DNA of 64,000 nt from Candidatus Liptonbacteria bacterium (GCA_016204385.1 JACQKW010000015.1:98155-162154), one strand, 5' to 3'; positions 39,826 through 49,799 are shown, counted from the first letter of the stretch. Numbers and translations are program-made. Notes: generated by a model from the sequence alone, not told the origin.

Positions 39826-41349
39826 CTATTTGGCATATTCGACCGCCCGCACCTCTCGGATCACGTTCACTTTTATTTCGCCAGGGTATTTTAACTCGGA
39901 CTGTATCCGCGTCGCAACCTGACGCGCAAGCTCGAGCGCGCCGAAGTCGTCCACTTTTTCAGGTATCACAAAAATGCGCAGCTCGCGCCCCGCAGAGATC
40001 GCATACGCCTGCTTTACGCCCGCAAACTCCTTCGCGATCTTCTCAAGATCCCCAAGCCTCTTAATGTAGTTTTCGAGCGTCCCGCGGCGCGCGCCCGGCC
40101 GCGCTGCGGAGAGCACGTCAACCGCAGTTACGATGTGCGCCTCGGGTATGGCGTACGGATAATCATCGTGATGCGACTGCATTGCAAGAATAACCGCCTC
40201 CTCTATGCCATATTTCTTGAGCAATTTTCTTCCAAGCTCTACGTGGGTTCCCTCGACTTCGTGGTCAATGGCTTTTCCGATGTCGTGAAGGAGCGCCCCT
40301 TTCTTCGCAACCTCCACGTTCAAGCCAAGTTCCGCGGCGATCACTCCGGCGAGGTGCGCCATCTCAAGCGAATGCGTAAGCACGTTCTGCCCAAAACTTG
40401 TCCTGAAATGAAGGCGCCCCAGAAGCTGGATGATGTCTTTTGGAAGATTGTAAATTCCCACTTCGTTCGCGGCCGCTTCGCCGATTTCGAGAATGCGCTT
40501 CTGCAATTCTTGTTTTGCCTCCTCGACTTTCTCTTCGATTTTCGCAGGTTGGATCCTGCCGTCTTTCAGAAGCTTCTCGAGCGCAAGGCGCGCAACCTCG
40601 CGGCGATACGGATCGAACGAGGAGATTACGATTGAATCCGGCGTCTCGTCAATCACAAATTCCACCCCGGTCGCGCGTTCGAGCGCGCGGATATTCCGCC
40701 CCTCTCGTCCGATGATTTTTCCCTTGAGTTCTTCGTCTGAGAGCGGAAACAGCGTGGTAGTGATCTCCGAAACATGGGAGCGCGCGAAACGCTGCAGCGC
40801 GCCGACGATAATGTCGGCGCTTCGCTTTTCGACTTCGTCGCGCCGTTCCTGATTCAGTTTCTGCGTGAGCGCCGCAAGGTCGTTCCGGTACGCCTCGCGC
40901 ACATCTCGGAGCATTTCGTTTCGGGCGTCTTCTCGCGAGAGGCCGCTCATTTTCTCGAGCTTTCCCTCAAGCTCTTTTTTTATGGAACCAATTTCGATAT
41001 CGCGCGCCGCCGCCGCTTGGGCGTGTTCCTTTAGTTCCAGTTCGCGCTGATCAAAATCCCTCTGGCGTTTTTCAAGCGTCTCTTCCCGATGGAATAAGCG
41101 GTTCTCGAGGTTGGCGTACTGCGCCTGGCGCTCACGCTCCTCTTTTTTCATTTCCGCCAAAATGCCCGCGGCTTTCTCTTCGCTTTCTAAAACGACTTCC
41201 TTCGCTTTCCTTTCGCTCTCTTCGAGGCGCGATTTAATCTTTCGCTCTACCGAAGTGAGGCGCTGGAGGGAAAGAAATCTCCTTCCCACATACCCGAACG
41301 CAAAACCCAAAATGAGCCCCGCAATCAATGCGAGCGGTGAAAATTGCAT
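39826..41349 (-). CDS. rny: Ribonuclease Y
   Basis: N-terminal TM, coiled coil, KH domain (KGKIIGREGRNIR), HD domain (LHDIGK), SAARPGAR. Confidence 0.97.
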   Translation of the reverse strand: MQFSPLALIAGLILGFAFGYVGRRFLSLQRLTSVERKIKSRLEESERKAKEVVLESEEKAAGILAEMKKEERERQAQYANLENRLFHREETLEKRQRDFDQRELELKEHAQAAAARDIEIGSIKKELEGKLEKMSGLSREDARNEMLRDVREAYRNDLAALTQKLNQERRDEVEKRSADIIVGALQRFARSHVSEITTTLFPLSDEELKGKIIGREGRNIRALERATGVEFVIDETPDSIVISSFDPYRREVARLALEKLLKDGRIQPAKIEEKVEEAKQELQKRILEIGEAAANEVGIYNLPKDIIQLLGRLHFRTSFGQNVLTHSLEMAHLAGVIAAELGLNVEVAKKGALLHDIGKAIDHEVEGTHVELGRKLLKKYGIEEAVILAMQSHHDDYPYAIPEAHIVTAVDVLSAARPGARRGTLENYIKRLGDLEKIAKEFAGVKQAYAISAGRELRIFVIPEKVDDFGALELARQVATRIQSELKYPGEIKVNVIREVRAVEYAK

Positions 41350-41457
41350 CGTAGCAATATACTCCTAAATTCTTCATTACGCGGGTGGCCATGGGTGCGA
41401 TGAATGAGTTTTTTAGGAATAGGTGTGTTTTGTTTGTTTGACCGTTTTTCATCCCTA

Positions 41458-41486
41458 ATGCTATTTCAATTCTCGGCACAAGTCAA
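41458..41486 (-). promoter_or_regulatory. sigma70 promoter for rny
   Basis: TTGACT-17 nt-TAGCAT. Confidence 0.6.
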
Positions 41487-41614
41487 CCGACAGAACGGCT
41501 GTCCCTGTCTTAAAAAACCGAGGGCGGCCTCAATTGCGGAGAGCGCGATACGCCTCCCCGTGCCCTCGAGGGCATATTCCGATACAATATACTCACAGCG
41601 CATATTACGTTCCT

Positions 41615-43150
41615 ATGGCACGCACGGTTCTTCTTATCATATTGGACGGCTTTGGCATTGGCAGGGACGACCAGTCAAACCCGATCTATATGGCACAACC
41701 GGAAACGCTTCGCATGGTCCGCGAGGAATATCCGACCACGAGCCTTCACGCCTCGGGAATCAGCATTGGCCTTCCGTGGGGCGAGGTCGGCAACAGCGAG
41801 GTGGGGCATCTTACGATCGGCGCCGGCAAAGTGCTCTACCAGTACTACCCGAGGATCGTGATGTCCATCCGCGACCAAAGTTTCTTTGAAAACCCCGCGC
41901 TTGCGGGCGCCTTCTCGCATGCCCTCGCACACCGGTCCGCGGTGAACTTCCTGGGCCTCCTTTCGCGAGGCAACGTTCATGCGTCGCTTGAACATCTCCT
42001 TGCGCTTATCCGCATGGCGGAACAGCGCGGCGTGAACTATAAACTGCATCTTTTCGCAGACGGCAAGGATACCCCTCCTTCGTCTATCAGAAAATTCCTC
42101 CGCGAGATCCCCTTTGAGCGGCTCGCGACGCTCACGGGGCGATACTATGCCATGGATCGGGAAGAAAACTGGCAACTCACGAAACGCGCATACGATAACC
42201 TCGTGCACGGAGACGGGGAGCTTGTGCAAAACCCCGAAGAACTGGAGACGGCAATTAAGGCAAATGAGGCGCGCGGGAACAACGAAGAGTACCTTCCCCC
42301 TCTTTCATTCGGGAAAGAGAAGGTGATCGGCGATAATGAAGCGATACTATTCTTCAATTATCGCGAAGACAGCATTCGCCAGTTAAGCGAGAGCTTCATC
42401 CTCCCCAAGTTTGACAAATTTCCCGTAAAAAAGTTCCAAAATTCCTGGATCACGACGTTCTCCCAATACGAAGAGCGTTTCAACGTTCCCGTCGCATTCC
42501 CGGCGGAAACCATCGAACACACATTGGGAGAGGTGCTCGCGGCGAATGGGAAAACCCAGCTTCGCGTCGCAGAGACGTATAAGTACGCGCATGTCACCTA
42601 TTTTTTTAACAACTATCGCGAGGAGCCGTACCAAAACGAGTATCGCGTGCTTATCCCCTCGCTCACCTCCCCCCATATCGAGCAGCATCCCGAGATGATG
42701 GCGTCCGCTATCTCCGATCGGCTGATCCAGGCGCTCGAAAACCAGTCGTTCGATTTTATACTCGCAAATTACGCAAATCCCGACGCGATCGCCCATACGG
42801 GCGACTATGAGGCCTCGATAAAGGCCGTCAAAATCATCGACCATGAACTCGGCCGCGTACTCAAGGCGATCCATGGCACGCCCGCCGCGCTCGTGATCAC
42901 TTCAGACCACGGGAACATGGAGGAGGTCATCAATCCTTTTACGTCGCTCCCCGAGACACAGCACGATCCAAACCCGGTTCCCTTCCATCTCGTTGCTCCG
43001 GAGTATCGGGGGAAGAAGTTCGTCAATAATGCCAATCTTCGCGAACCCATCGGCATTCTTTCGGACGTTGCGCCTACCGTGCTTGCGCTCCTCGGCATTG
43101 CGCCTCCCGAGGATATGAACGGCAAGAACCTTCTTGCGCAACTGCTTTGA
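41615..43150 (+). CDS. gpmI: 2,3-bisphosphoglycerate-independent phosphoglycerate mutase
   Basis: ILDGFG, GNSEVGH, GRYYAMDR, AET.KYAHVT, PD..AHTG and SDHGN motifs. Confidence 0.95.
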   Translation: MARTVLLIILDGFGIGRDDQSNPIYMAQPETLRMVREEYPTTSLHASGISIGLPWGEVGNSEVGHLTIGAGKVLYQYYPRIVMSIRDQSFFENPALAGAFSHALAHRSAVNFLGLLSRGNVHASLEHLLALIRMAEQRGVNYKLHLFADGKDTPPSSIRKFLREIPFERLATLTGRYYAMDREENWQLTKRAYDNLVHGDGELVQNPEELETAIKANEARGNNEEYLPPLSFGKEKVIGDNEAILFFNYREDSIRQLSESFILPKFDKFPVKKFQNSWITTFSQYEERFNVPVAFPAETIEHTLGEVLAANGKTQLRVAETYKYAHVTYFFNNYREEPYQNEYRVLIPSLTSPHIEQHPEMMASAISDRLIQALENQSFDFILANYANPDAIAHTGDYEASIKAVKIIDHELGRVLKAIHGTPAALVITSDHGNMEEVINPFTSLPETQHDPNPVPFHLVAPEYRGKKFVNNANLREPIGILSDVAPTVLALLGIAPPEDMNGKNLLAQLL

Positions 43151-43158
43151 TCCGCGCC

Positions 43159-43512
43159 ATGAAATTCATTTCTCGTCTCGTAAGCACACTTTTCGGAAAC
43201 GCTGCGGGCATCCTTGCCGCGTGGTACGTGATCCCGGGATTCAACCTTGAGAACCCGGGTATCCTCGAGATCGCGGTCCTCGCGGGCGCCCTTACTGTTC
43301 TGAATATATTCGTGAAGCCGGTGCTCAAACTCCTCTTCGGGCCTCTTCTGCTGCTCACGCTCGGCCTCGGAATCATCGTGATCAATGCATTCCTTCTCTT
43401 TCTCCTTGACACGTGGTCGGAGAACCTTACTATAGAAGGCGTCTTGCCATTCGCCTTTGGCGCGCTCGTGATAAGCGCGGCAAATATCCTGATCCATTTA
43501 TTTGTGAAGTAA
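43159..43512 (+). CDS. Phage-holin_4_2/YvlD-family membrane protein
   Basis: N.FVKPVLK.L..P...LTLGL...IN motif. Confidence 0.85.
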   Translation: MKFISRLVSTLFGNAAGILAAWYVIPGFNLENPGILEIAVLAGALTVLNIFVKPVLKLLFGPLLLLTLGLGIIVINAFLLFLLDTWSENLTIEGVLPFAFGALVISAANILIHLFVK

Positions 43513-43532
43513 TCACGCATTGCGCCCGGCAT

Positions 43533-43739
43533 ATGATCAGCATCCTACACATCATTGTTTCGGTTCTGCTCATCGCACTTATCCTCATCCAGGAACGTTC
43601 CGCGGGCCTCTCAAGCCTTTTTGGCGGAGAGGGCTTTGGGTTTTATCAAACGCGGCGGGGCTTGGAAAAAATCGCGTTCTGGAGCACCGTGGGGCTCATC
43701 GTGCTCTTTGTGCTTCTCTCGATCGTTCAGTTATACTGA
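43533..43739 (+). CDS. secG: Preprotein translocase subunit SecG
   Basis: TM-ILIQ...GLS..FGG...RRG.EK-TM pattern. Confidence 0.88.
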   Translation: MISILHIIVSVLLIALILIQERSAGLSSLFGGEGFGFYQTRRGLEKIAFWSTVGLIVLFVLLSIVQLY

Positions 43740-43799
43740 ACGAAAGGGTTCCTCCTCCCGCGCCCCATGCCGCGTGACGCGGCGCTCTGCGTTAAACGT

Positions 43800-45452
43800 A
43801 TGCTCACAAAACTCAAGAAGATATATCGCGTGCTTTCGCGCACCGAACGCGCCGCGTTCGCGGCATCGGTCGCGATTGCAGCCGTCACGTCGGTCATTCT
43901 CGCAGGCACGGTGATCGGAAAGGTCACCAAGGCGGTCGCGGCGCGAGGCGGAAGCTACAGCGAGGGCGTCGTGGGGCAACCCTCGTTCGTAAATCCCGTC
44001 ATCGCATCGAATGATGCGGACAAAAGCCTCGTGCGGCTTCTCTTCAGCAACGTGATGGACCTAAGCGAGAAGGTTGAGCCGGAGGGCGAGGGGCGGGTGT
44101 GGGTGTTGAGGCTCAAGGAAAACCTTGCGTGGCACGACGGAGAGGAACTCACGAGCGACGACGTTCTCTTCACCGTCCGGAAGATACAAGACCCCGACAG
44201 CCGCTCGCCGCTCTTCGAAAGCTGGCAGGGCGTCCGCCTTGAGCGCGTAAGCAGCCGCGAGGTGCGCTTTAATCTCGGAAATCCGTATGTATTCTTTGCC
44301 TCAAACCTTAAAAACCTCTATGTGCTCCCGAAGCACCTCTACGAGCATATCCCGGTTGCGAATTGGAGGATTTCTGAATTCAACTTAAAACCCGTGGGCA
44401 GCGGTCCGTATGTGTTTGACTCCTACGACACGCGGCCAGACGGTTTTATCACCGAATATCGCATCAAGCCGAATGGCGAATATTTCGACGCGAGGCCTTT
44501 CATATCGAATATCACGTTCCGCTTCTATCAAAATAAGGACGAGCTCATTCACGCATTCAATGGAGGCCGCATAGACGGGCTCGCGGGCATTGAAATGCGC
44601 GAGCTTGAACAAATCGGGAGGCCGTACGGCGTGGAGTACTTCCAACTCCCGAACTATTACGCGGTATTCTTTAATCAAAACCAAAATATCGCCCTGAAAG
44701 AGCGGGAGGTGCGGCGAGCGCTCGCCGCAGCCGTCGATCGCCAGAAACTCGTTGCGGAAATTTTTAAGGGTCGCGCAGCCGTGGTGACGGGGCCGATCCC
44801 GCACGACACCGACCTTGCTCGCGCAACGATTCACGCCTCGCCCGCTTCGGCGGATGCGGCGAACGAGATTTTGGAAGATGCGAAATGGGCGCGGGGCGAA
44901 ACCGGAATCCGCGAAACACGGGTAAGGAACTCCGCAATTCACCTCGAACTTACGCTCACCGTCCCCGACGTGCCGTTCCTTGTCCGCACGGCGGAATATC
45001 TTAAATCAGCGTGGGAGGAAATCGGCGCGGCGATACATATCAACCTCGTTCCGCTCGAGGAGGTTGCCGACCCCATAATCAAAAATCGCGAGTACCAGAT
45101 GATATTATTCGGGAACATCTTAAACGCCGGGTCAGACCTCTATTCGTTCTGGCACTCGTCGGAACGCTTCCATCCCGGGCTGAACTTGAGTCTTTATCAC
45201 AATGACAAAGTAGACGGACTCATCGAATCCATACGGCAAAACTTCGACGTCGAACGCGCCGAGTCGCTCTATCGCGAGCTTCAGGAGCGTATCGTCGAAG
45301 ACTTTCCGGCGATCTTCCTCTATTCGCCCGATTATCTCTACGTCACCGGCAAGGAACTCAAAGGAATGTCGCCGCGGCTTATCACGGAACCCGCCGACCG
45401 ATTCAGCAACATTGCCGATTGGCATCTGAAGACAAAACGTGTCCTCAAGTAA
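43800..45452 (+). CDS. ABC transporter peptide-binding protein (family 5)
   Basis: GGSY.EG.VG.P..NP, WHDG..LTSDDV.FT, PVGSGPY and FWHSS motifs. Confidence 0.88.
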   Translation: MLTKLKKIYRVLSRTERAAFAASVAIAAVTSVILAGTVIGKVTKAVAARGGSYSEGVVGQPSFVNPVIASNDADKSLVRLLFSNVMDLSEKVEPEGEGRVWVLRLKENLAWHDGEELTSDDVLFTVRKIQDPDSRSPLFESWQGVRLERVSSREVRFNLGNPYVFFASNLKNLYVLPKHLYEHIPVANWRISEFNLKPVGSGPYVFDSYDTRPDGFITEYRIKPNGEYFDARPFISNITFRFYQNKDELIHAFNGGRIDGLAGIEMRELEQIGRPYGVEYFQLPNYYAVFFNQNQNIALKEREVRRALAAAVDRQKLVAEIFKGRAAVVTGPIPHDTDLARATIHASPASADAANEILEDAKWARGETGIRETRVRNSAIHLELTLTVPDVPFLVRTAEYLKSAWEEIGAAIHINLVPLEEVADPIIKNREYQMILFGNILNAGSDLYSFWHSSERFHPGLNLSLYHNDKVDGLIESIRQNFDVERAESLYRELQERIVEDFPAIFLYSPDYLYVTGKELKGMSPRLITEPADRFSNIADWHLKTKRVLK

Positions 45453-46442
45453 CGCGGCGCGGGAATTTAAGAAGAATATACTCGGATGGAATCTCCAGCT
45501 TGGTTTCTCGCACCTCACCACATCGAATCTTCGCGTGCTCGCGAGAGCCCGCCCCAAGAGCATTGTCGTCGTCGGCATCGGCGGATCAGGCCTTGCCGGG
45601 GACATTCTCTCGTCCGTACGCCGCGAAATTGGCCTCCGCATTCCGCTATTCATATGGAAAGACTACGGCACGCCGGGAGAAGAAACGGCGGGGCTCCTGC
45701 GCCCTTTGTACGTCTTCGTCTCGTTCTCGGGCAATACCGAGGAGACGCTCTCCGGCCTTGAAGGATTCGCGCGCGCGGGGAAAATCCGGGAGAACGTCGC
45801 GGTGGTGACCACGGGGGGAAAAATGAAATCGCTTGCAGAACGGCTCCGCCTCCCGTGCGTGGAGTTTCCCGCCGGGAGCTTGACACCGAGGCAGGCAACG
45901 GGTAGTATGTTCTATGGAATAGTAACTGCGCTTCGCGCGGCGGGACTCGGGCTCCGCGTGCCGGTGTTCCCCCGCATTCGCTCCGCACGCGGGGAACACC
46001 CCGCAAAGGCGCTCGCGCGGCAACTGAAGAAAAGACTGCTTCTGTTTTACACCGATGAATCATACCGCCCCGTGGGGGCAATATGGAAAATAAAGTGCAA
46101 CGAAACCGCCAAGACGCTCGCGTTCGCGAACGTAGTGCCGGAAATGAACCACAACGAGCTCGTAGGATTTGAAACATTGCGTGTTCCCGCCTCCGCCATT
46201 TTCTTCGAAGATCCCGGAACATATCCCCGCACAAAAAAAGATTTCGAATCACAAAGAAACTTCTCTCCGCCCGAGGCGTACGCGTGCATACCCTGAAACT
46301 CGCGGGAGGGCATACGCTTGAAAAAATCTGGAACTCGCTCATCTTTGCAGACTGGACCACGTACCACTTGGCGCGCATGACCGGCGTAGATCCGAGCGAA
46401 ACGAAGATCATTGATGCGCTCAAGCGCAGCATGAAATCGTAA
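45439..46442 (+). CDS. Bifunctional phosphoglucose/phosphomannose isomerase, interrupted by a -1 frameshift at an A7 run (46233-46239)
   Basis: GIGGSG, SFSGNTEET, NE.AK and PEMNHNE motifs; the -1 frame continues KKRFRITKKLL...DWTTYHLA...VDP...IDALK to TAA 46442. Confidence 0.85.
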
Positions 46443-46460
46443 AAGTGTTTCCACTCGCTC

Positions 46461-46544
46461 GCCCCCCTGGCGGAATCGGCAGACGCACAGGTTTCAGGAA
46501 CCTGTGGGAGTAATCCCGTAGAGGTTCAAATCCTCTGGGGGGCA
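46461..46544 (+). tRNA. tRNA-Leu(CAG)
   Basis: GCCCCCC/GGGGGGC acceptor, CAGGT-TTCAGGA-ACCTG anticodon arm, long variable arm, GTTCAAATC T-loop; CCA not encoded. Confidence 0.95.
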
Positions 46545-46560
46545 CGAATAAATAGTGGCG

Positions 46561-46594
46561 ATTCGTACATTCGTAACACATTCGCTATTCGCAA
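46561..46594. repeat. ATTCG-core short-period array (single arm)
   Basis: ATTCG at 46561, 46569, 46580 and 46587, abutting the rnj start; resembles the right arm of 39732-39818. Confidence 0.55.
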
Positions 46595-46595
46595 C

Positions 46596-48386
46596 ATGAT
46601 GGCAAGAAAATTACCTTCACGCTCACGGCCGTATGGCCGCCCTTCGCGCGCATCAACAGAGAGGCGTCCATTTCCTCGTACGCATGCCAAACCCATGCCA
46701 GAAAAACCCCAAAAAGAGGGCGGCGAACCGCGCCTCCGCTTCGTGCCGCTCGGCGGACTCGAAGAAATAGGGCGGAACTGCTCCTTCTTCGAATATAAAA
46801 ACGAGATCGTCGTCGTTGACGTCGGCATCCAATTCCCCGAAGAGGAAACCCCGGGAATTGACTACATCATTCCGAACGTCGAGTATCTCGAAAAGAAGAA
46901 GGCGAACATCCAGGGCATCATCCTCACGCACGGCCACTACGACCATATCGCCGCAATTCACTATCTCATAGGAAAACTCGGCAACCCTCCCATTTATACC
47001 GCCGCATTCACCCGCGCGATGGTTGAAAAGCGGCACGAGGAATTCACGAACGCGCCCAAGCTCATGTTTCACACCGTGAAGGACGGTGAACGGGTAAAAA
47101 TTTCGGAACACTTCTCCGCTCGGTTTTTTGACATTGAGCACACCATTCCGGAGGCGCTCGGGTTCGCGCTCGAAACGCCGGTCGGAAAAATGGCGAGTTT
47201 CGGCGATTTCCGCCTCGACATCGGCAAAGACGGCACGCCCGAACATCTCGAAAAATTCGAAGCGCTGGGCCGCGAGGGCATCCTCTCCCTCTTCCTCGAC
47301 TCGACGGGCGCCGACATACGCGGAGCGTCGCTCTCCGAACGCACGATCGAAGAAAACATAGAGGCGCTTATGAAAGACGCGCCCGGCCGCGTCGTGATCG
47401 GCATTTTCTCCTCGCTTATTGACCGCATTTTGGAAATTGTAAAAATCGCCGACCGGCTCGGCCGCAAAGTGGCGGTAAACGGCCGCTCGATGAAAACCAA
47501 CCTCGACATCGCAAAAAATCTCGGCTATTTCAAAGACGAGAAAGGAGTGATGATTCCGCTCGAAGAAATCGGCAAACACAAAGACAACAAAATCGTGGTG
47601 CTCACGACCGGCGCCCAGGGAGAACAGAACGCGGGCCTCATGCGCATTGTGAACGGCGAACACCGGCTTATGAAACTGAAATCGACCGACACCGTCATAT
47701 TCTCCTCTTCGGTTATCCCCGGGAACGAGCGCAGCGTGCAAACCTTACAAGACAACATCGCACGGCAGGTACGCGAAGTGTACAACTCAAAACTTCTCGA
47801 CATCCACGTAAGCGGGCACGCAAACGGCGAGGACCTCAGGGTGGTGCTCTCTTTGGTAAAACCTAAATTCGTGGTGCCCGTCCACGGCTACTATTTTAAA
47901 CGGAAATCAGTCGTGAAAATTGCTGAGTCGGCCGGAATGAAAGGGGAACAGGTAATACTGATGGACAACGGCCAGGTTGCCGAGGTTGGCCCCGATCATT
48001 TCCGCGTGACGAATGAGACTGTGCCTGCGTCGTACGTGATGGTGGACGGCTTGGGGGTGGGCGACGTCGAAGAGGTGGTGCTCCGCGACCGGCGCGCACT
48101 CGCGCAGGAAGGCATGGTCGTCATCATCATGACCGTAGATCGTAAGAACGGGCGGCTCCTCAAGAGCCCCGACATCATCTCCCGCGGATTCATCCATATC
48201 AAGGAACACCACGAGGTGCTCGAGGAAATACGAAAGCGGCTCCGCGGTTTAATCTCACGCCTTCCTTCGTACCAACCCATCGAGAGCGACTATTTAAAAA
48301 CGCTCATCCGCGATCAGATAGGGCAATTCCTGTATACTAAGACAAGGCGGAGGCCCATGATACTGCCGGTAGTCATTGAAATTTAG
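46596..48386 (+). CDS. rnj: Ribonuclease J
   Basis: PLGGLEEIGRN, THGHYDHI, TGAQGE, HVSGHA, PVHG and RRPMILP motifs. Confidence 0.97.
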   Translation: MMARKLPSRSRPYGRPSRASTERRPFPRTHAKPMPEKPQKEGGEPRLRFVPLGGLEEIGRNCSFFEYKNEIVVVDVGIQFPEEETPGIDYIIPNVEYLEKKKANIQGIILTHGHYDHIAAIHYLIGKLGNPPIYTAAFTRAMVEKRHEEFTNAPKLMFHTVKDGERVKISEHFSARFFDIEHTIPEALGFALETPVGKMASFGDFRLDIGKDGTPEHLEKFEALGREGILSLFLDSTGADIRGASLSERTIEENIEALMKDAPGRVVIGIFSSLIDRILEIVKIADRLGRKVAVNGRSMKTNLDIAKNLGYFKDEKGVMIPLEEIGKHKDNKIVVLTTGAQGEQNAGLMRIVNGEHRLMKLKSTDTVIFSSSVIPGNERSVQTLQDNIARQVREVYNSKLLDIHVSGHANGEDLRVVLSLVKPKFVVPVHGYYFKRKSVVKIAESAGMKGEQVILMDNGQVAEVGPDHFRVTNETVPASYVMVDGLGVGDVEEVVLRDRRALAQEGMVVIIMTVDRKNGRLLKSPDIISRGFIHIKEHHEVLEEIRKRLRGLISRLPSYQPIESDYLKTLIRDQIGQFLYTKTRRRPMILPVVIEI

Positions 48387-48418
48387 CCAATAGCCAGTAG
48401 GGTTTAGGGGGTGGAGAT
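48384..48418. repeat. 7-nt-period array upstream of four-helix-bundle gene
   Basis: TAGCCAA TAGCCAG TAGGGTT TAGGGGG; the first TAG is the rnj stop codon. Confidence 0.75.
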
Positions 48419-48421
48419 CAG

Positions 48422-48784
48422 ATGTTAAATTCGTATCAGGAACTCACGGTGTGGAAAAAGAGTATCGAGTTGGTTACGGAAATTTATTCTCTCACCAATC
48501 TTTTTCCTAAAGCAGAAATATATGGCATTACAAGTCAGATGAGACGATCGGCAATTTCTATCCCCTCGAATATTGCAGAAGGTTATACAAGGAAACATCT
48601 CCAGGAATATATCCAATTTATAAGAATTGCATTCGGTTCTAGCGCAGAATTGGAAACACAACTTATCATTAGTAAAAAATTAGGGTTCGCTCCCCTCGAG
48701 AAATTTGAAAAGTCTGAACGATTACTCATCGAGGTTAAAAAGATGTTAAATAAGATGGTCGCATCCTTAATGGCTAAGCTCTAG
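48422..48784 (+). CDS. Four helix bundle protein (23S rRNA IVP / TIGR02436 family)
   Basis: Y.EL.VW.KS, FP..E.YG.TSQMRRSA.SIPSNIAEG and F..IA.GS.AELETQ motifs; visibly AT-richer than its neighbours. Confidence 0.93.
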   Translation: MLNSYQELTVWKKSIELVTEIYSLTNLFPKAEIYGITSQMRRSAISIPSNIAEGYTRKHLQEYIQFIRIAFGSSAELETQLIISKKLGFAPLEKFEKSERLLIEVKKMLNKMVASLMAKL

Positions 48785-48822
48785 CGAGTACCCTATTGGC
48801 TACACCCTAATGGCTAAACCCT
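48770..48822. repeat. Inverted 7-nt-period array downstream of four-helix-bundle gene
   Basis: ATGGCTA AGCTCTA ... CTATTGG CTACACC CTAATGG CTAAACC; contains the trpS ATG. Confidence 0.75.
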
Positions 48823-49799
48823 CTTTGGTTTCCGGAATTCAGCCAAGTGGCCGCTTGCATCTCGGCAACTATTTGGGCGCCTTGAAAAATTTCGTCGAGC
48901 TTCAAAACTCGGACAAGTACCAGTGTTATTTTTTTATTGCCGATCTCCACTCGCTCACCGAACCGTTCGATCCAAAAGAGAAATCGAAGCAGATTTTAGA
49001 ACTCGCGGCTGATTACCTCGCCGCGGGCTTAGATCAAAAAAAATCGACTATTTTTTTGCAGTCAGCAATTCCCTCGCACAGCGAGCTCGCCCGAATTCTG
49101 GAAAATCTCGCTCCTATGGGAGAACTGAATAGAATGACACAATTTAAGGAAAAGAGTAAAACACAACCGGGGAACGTAAATGCCGGGCTTTTCACCTACC
49201 CCACGCTCATGGCGGCGGACGTGCTTCTTTATAACGCAGAATTCGTACCTGTGGGCGATGACCAAGATCAACACCTTGAGCTCACGCGCACGCTCGCACG
49301 AAAGTTCAATGCGAAATTCGGCAAAACTTTCATCGAACCGCAACCACTCCATACCTCCGCCCCACGCGTGATGAGCTTAGGGAATCCCGAGAAGAAAATG
49401 TCGAAGTCGCAACCCGCGACTTGCCTCTTCCTCGACGATTCGCCGGAAGAGATAAAAGCGAAGGTAATGCGCGCAGTCACCGACTCGGGCTCGGAGGTTA
49501 CATACGACGAAAAAAGGAAACCAGCAGTAAGCAACCTGCTTATGATGTATGCGTCGCTTACCGGAGAACCTACTGTGAAAATCGAGAAAAAATTTGCCGA
49601 TAAAAACTATTCGCAATTCAAAACCTCGCTCGCCGAAACAATCGCCAATCACTTCGCTGATTACCGGAAGAAGAAACGAGAACTAACGACGAAGTCCTAC
49701 GTCCTAAAGACTATCCTGAAGTCCGGCTCCAAAAAAGCCGCAAAAATCGCGAATAAGAAAATTACCGAAGTGAAAGAAAAAATCGGCATCGCTATCTGA
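48810..49799 (+). CDS. trpS: Tryptophan--tRNA ligase
   Basis: SGIQPSG.LHLGN, YP.LMAAD, VPVG.DQ and KMSKS motifs. Confidence 0.97.
   Translation: MAKPSLVSGIQPSGRLHLGNYLGALKNFVELQNSDKYQCYFFIADLHSLTEPFDPKEKSKQILELAADYLAAGLDQKKSTIFLQSAIPSHSELARILENLAPMGELNRMTQFKEKSKTQPGNVNAGLFTYPTLMAADVLLYNAEFVPVGDDQDQHLELTRTLARKFNAKFGKTFIEPQPLHTSAPRVMSLGNPEKKMSKSQPATCLFLDDSPEEIKAKVMRAVTDSGSEVTYDEKRKPAVSNLLMMYASLTGEPTVKIEKKFADKNYSQFKTSLAETIANHFADYRKKKRELTTKSYVLKTILKSGSKKAAKIANKKITEVKEKIGIAI

Noticed and set aside
43159-43512. Prophage lysis module
   Set aside because: The holin-like family member sits among housekeeping genes with no phage genes nearby.
46653-47741. 362-aa minus-strand ORF
   Set aside because: Antisense shadow of rnj.
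48422-48784. Diversity-generating retroelement or rRNA intervening sequence
   Set aside because: No reverse transcriptase, TR/VR pair or rRNA gene is visible in the window.
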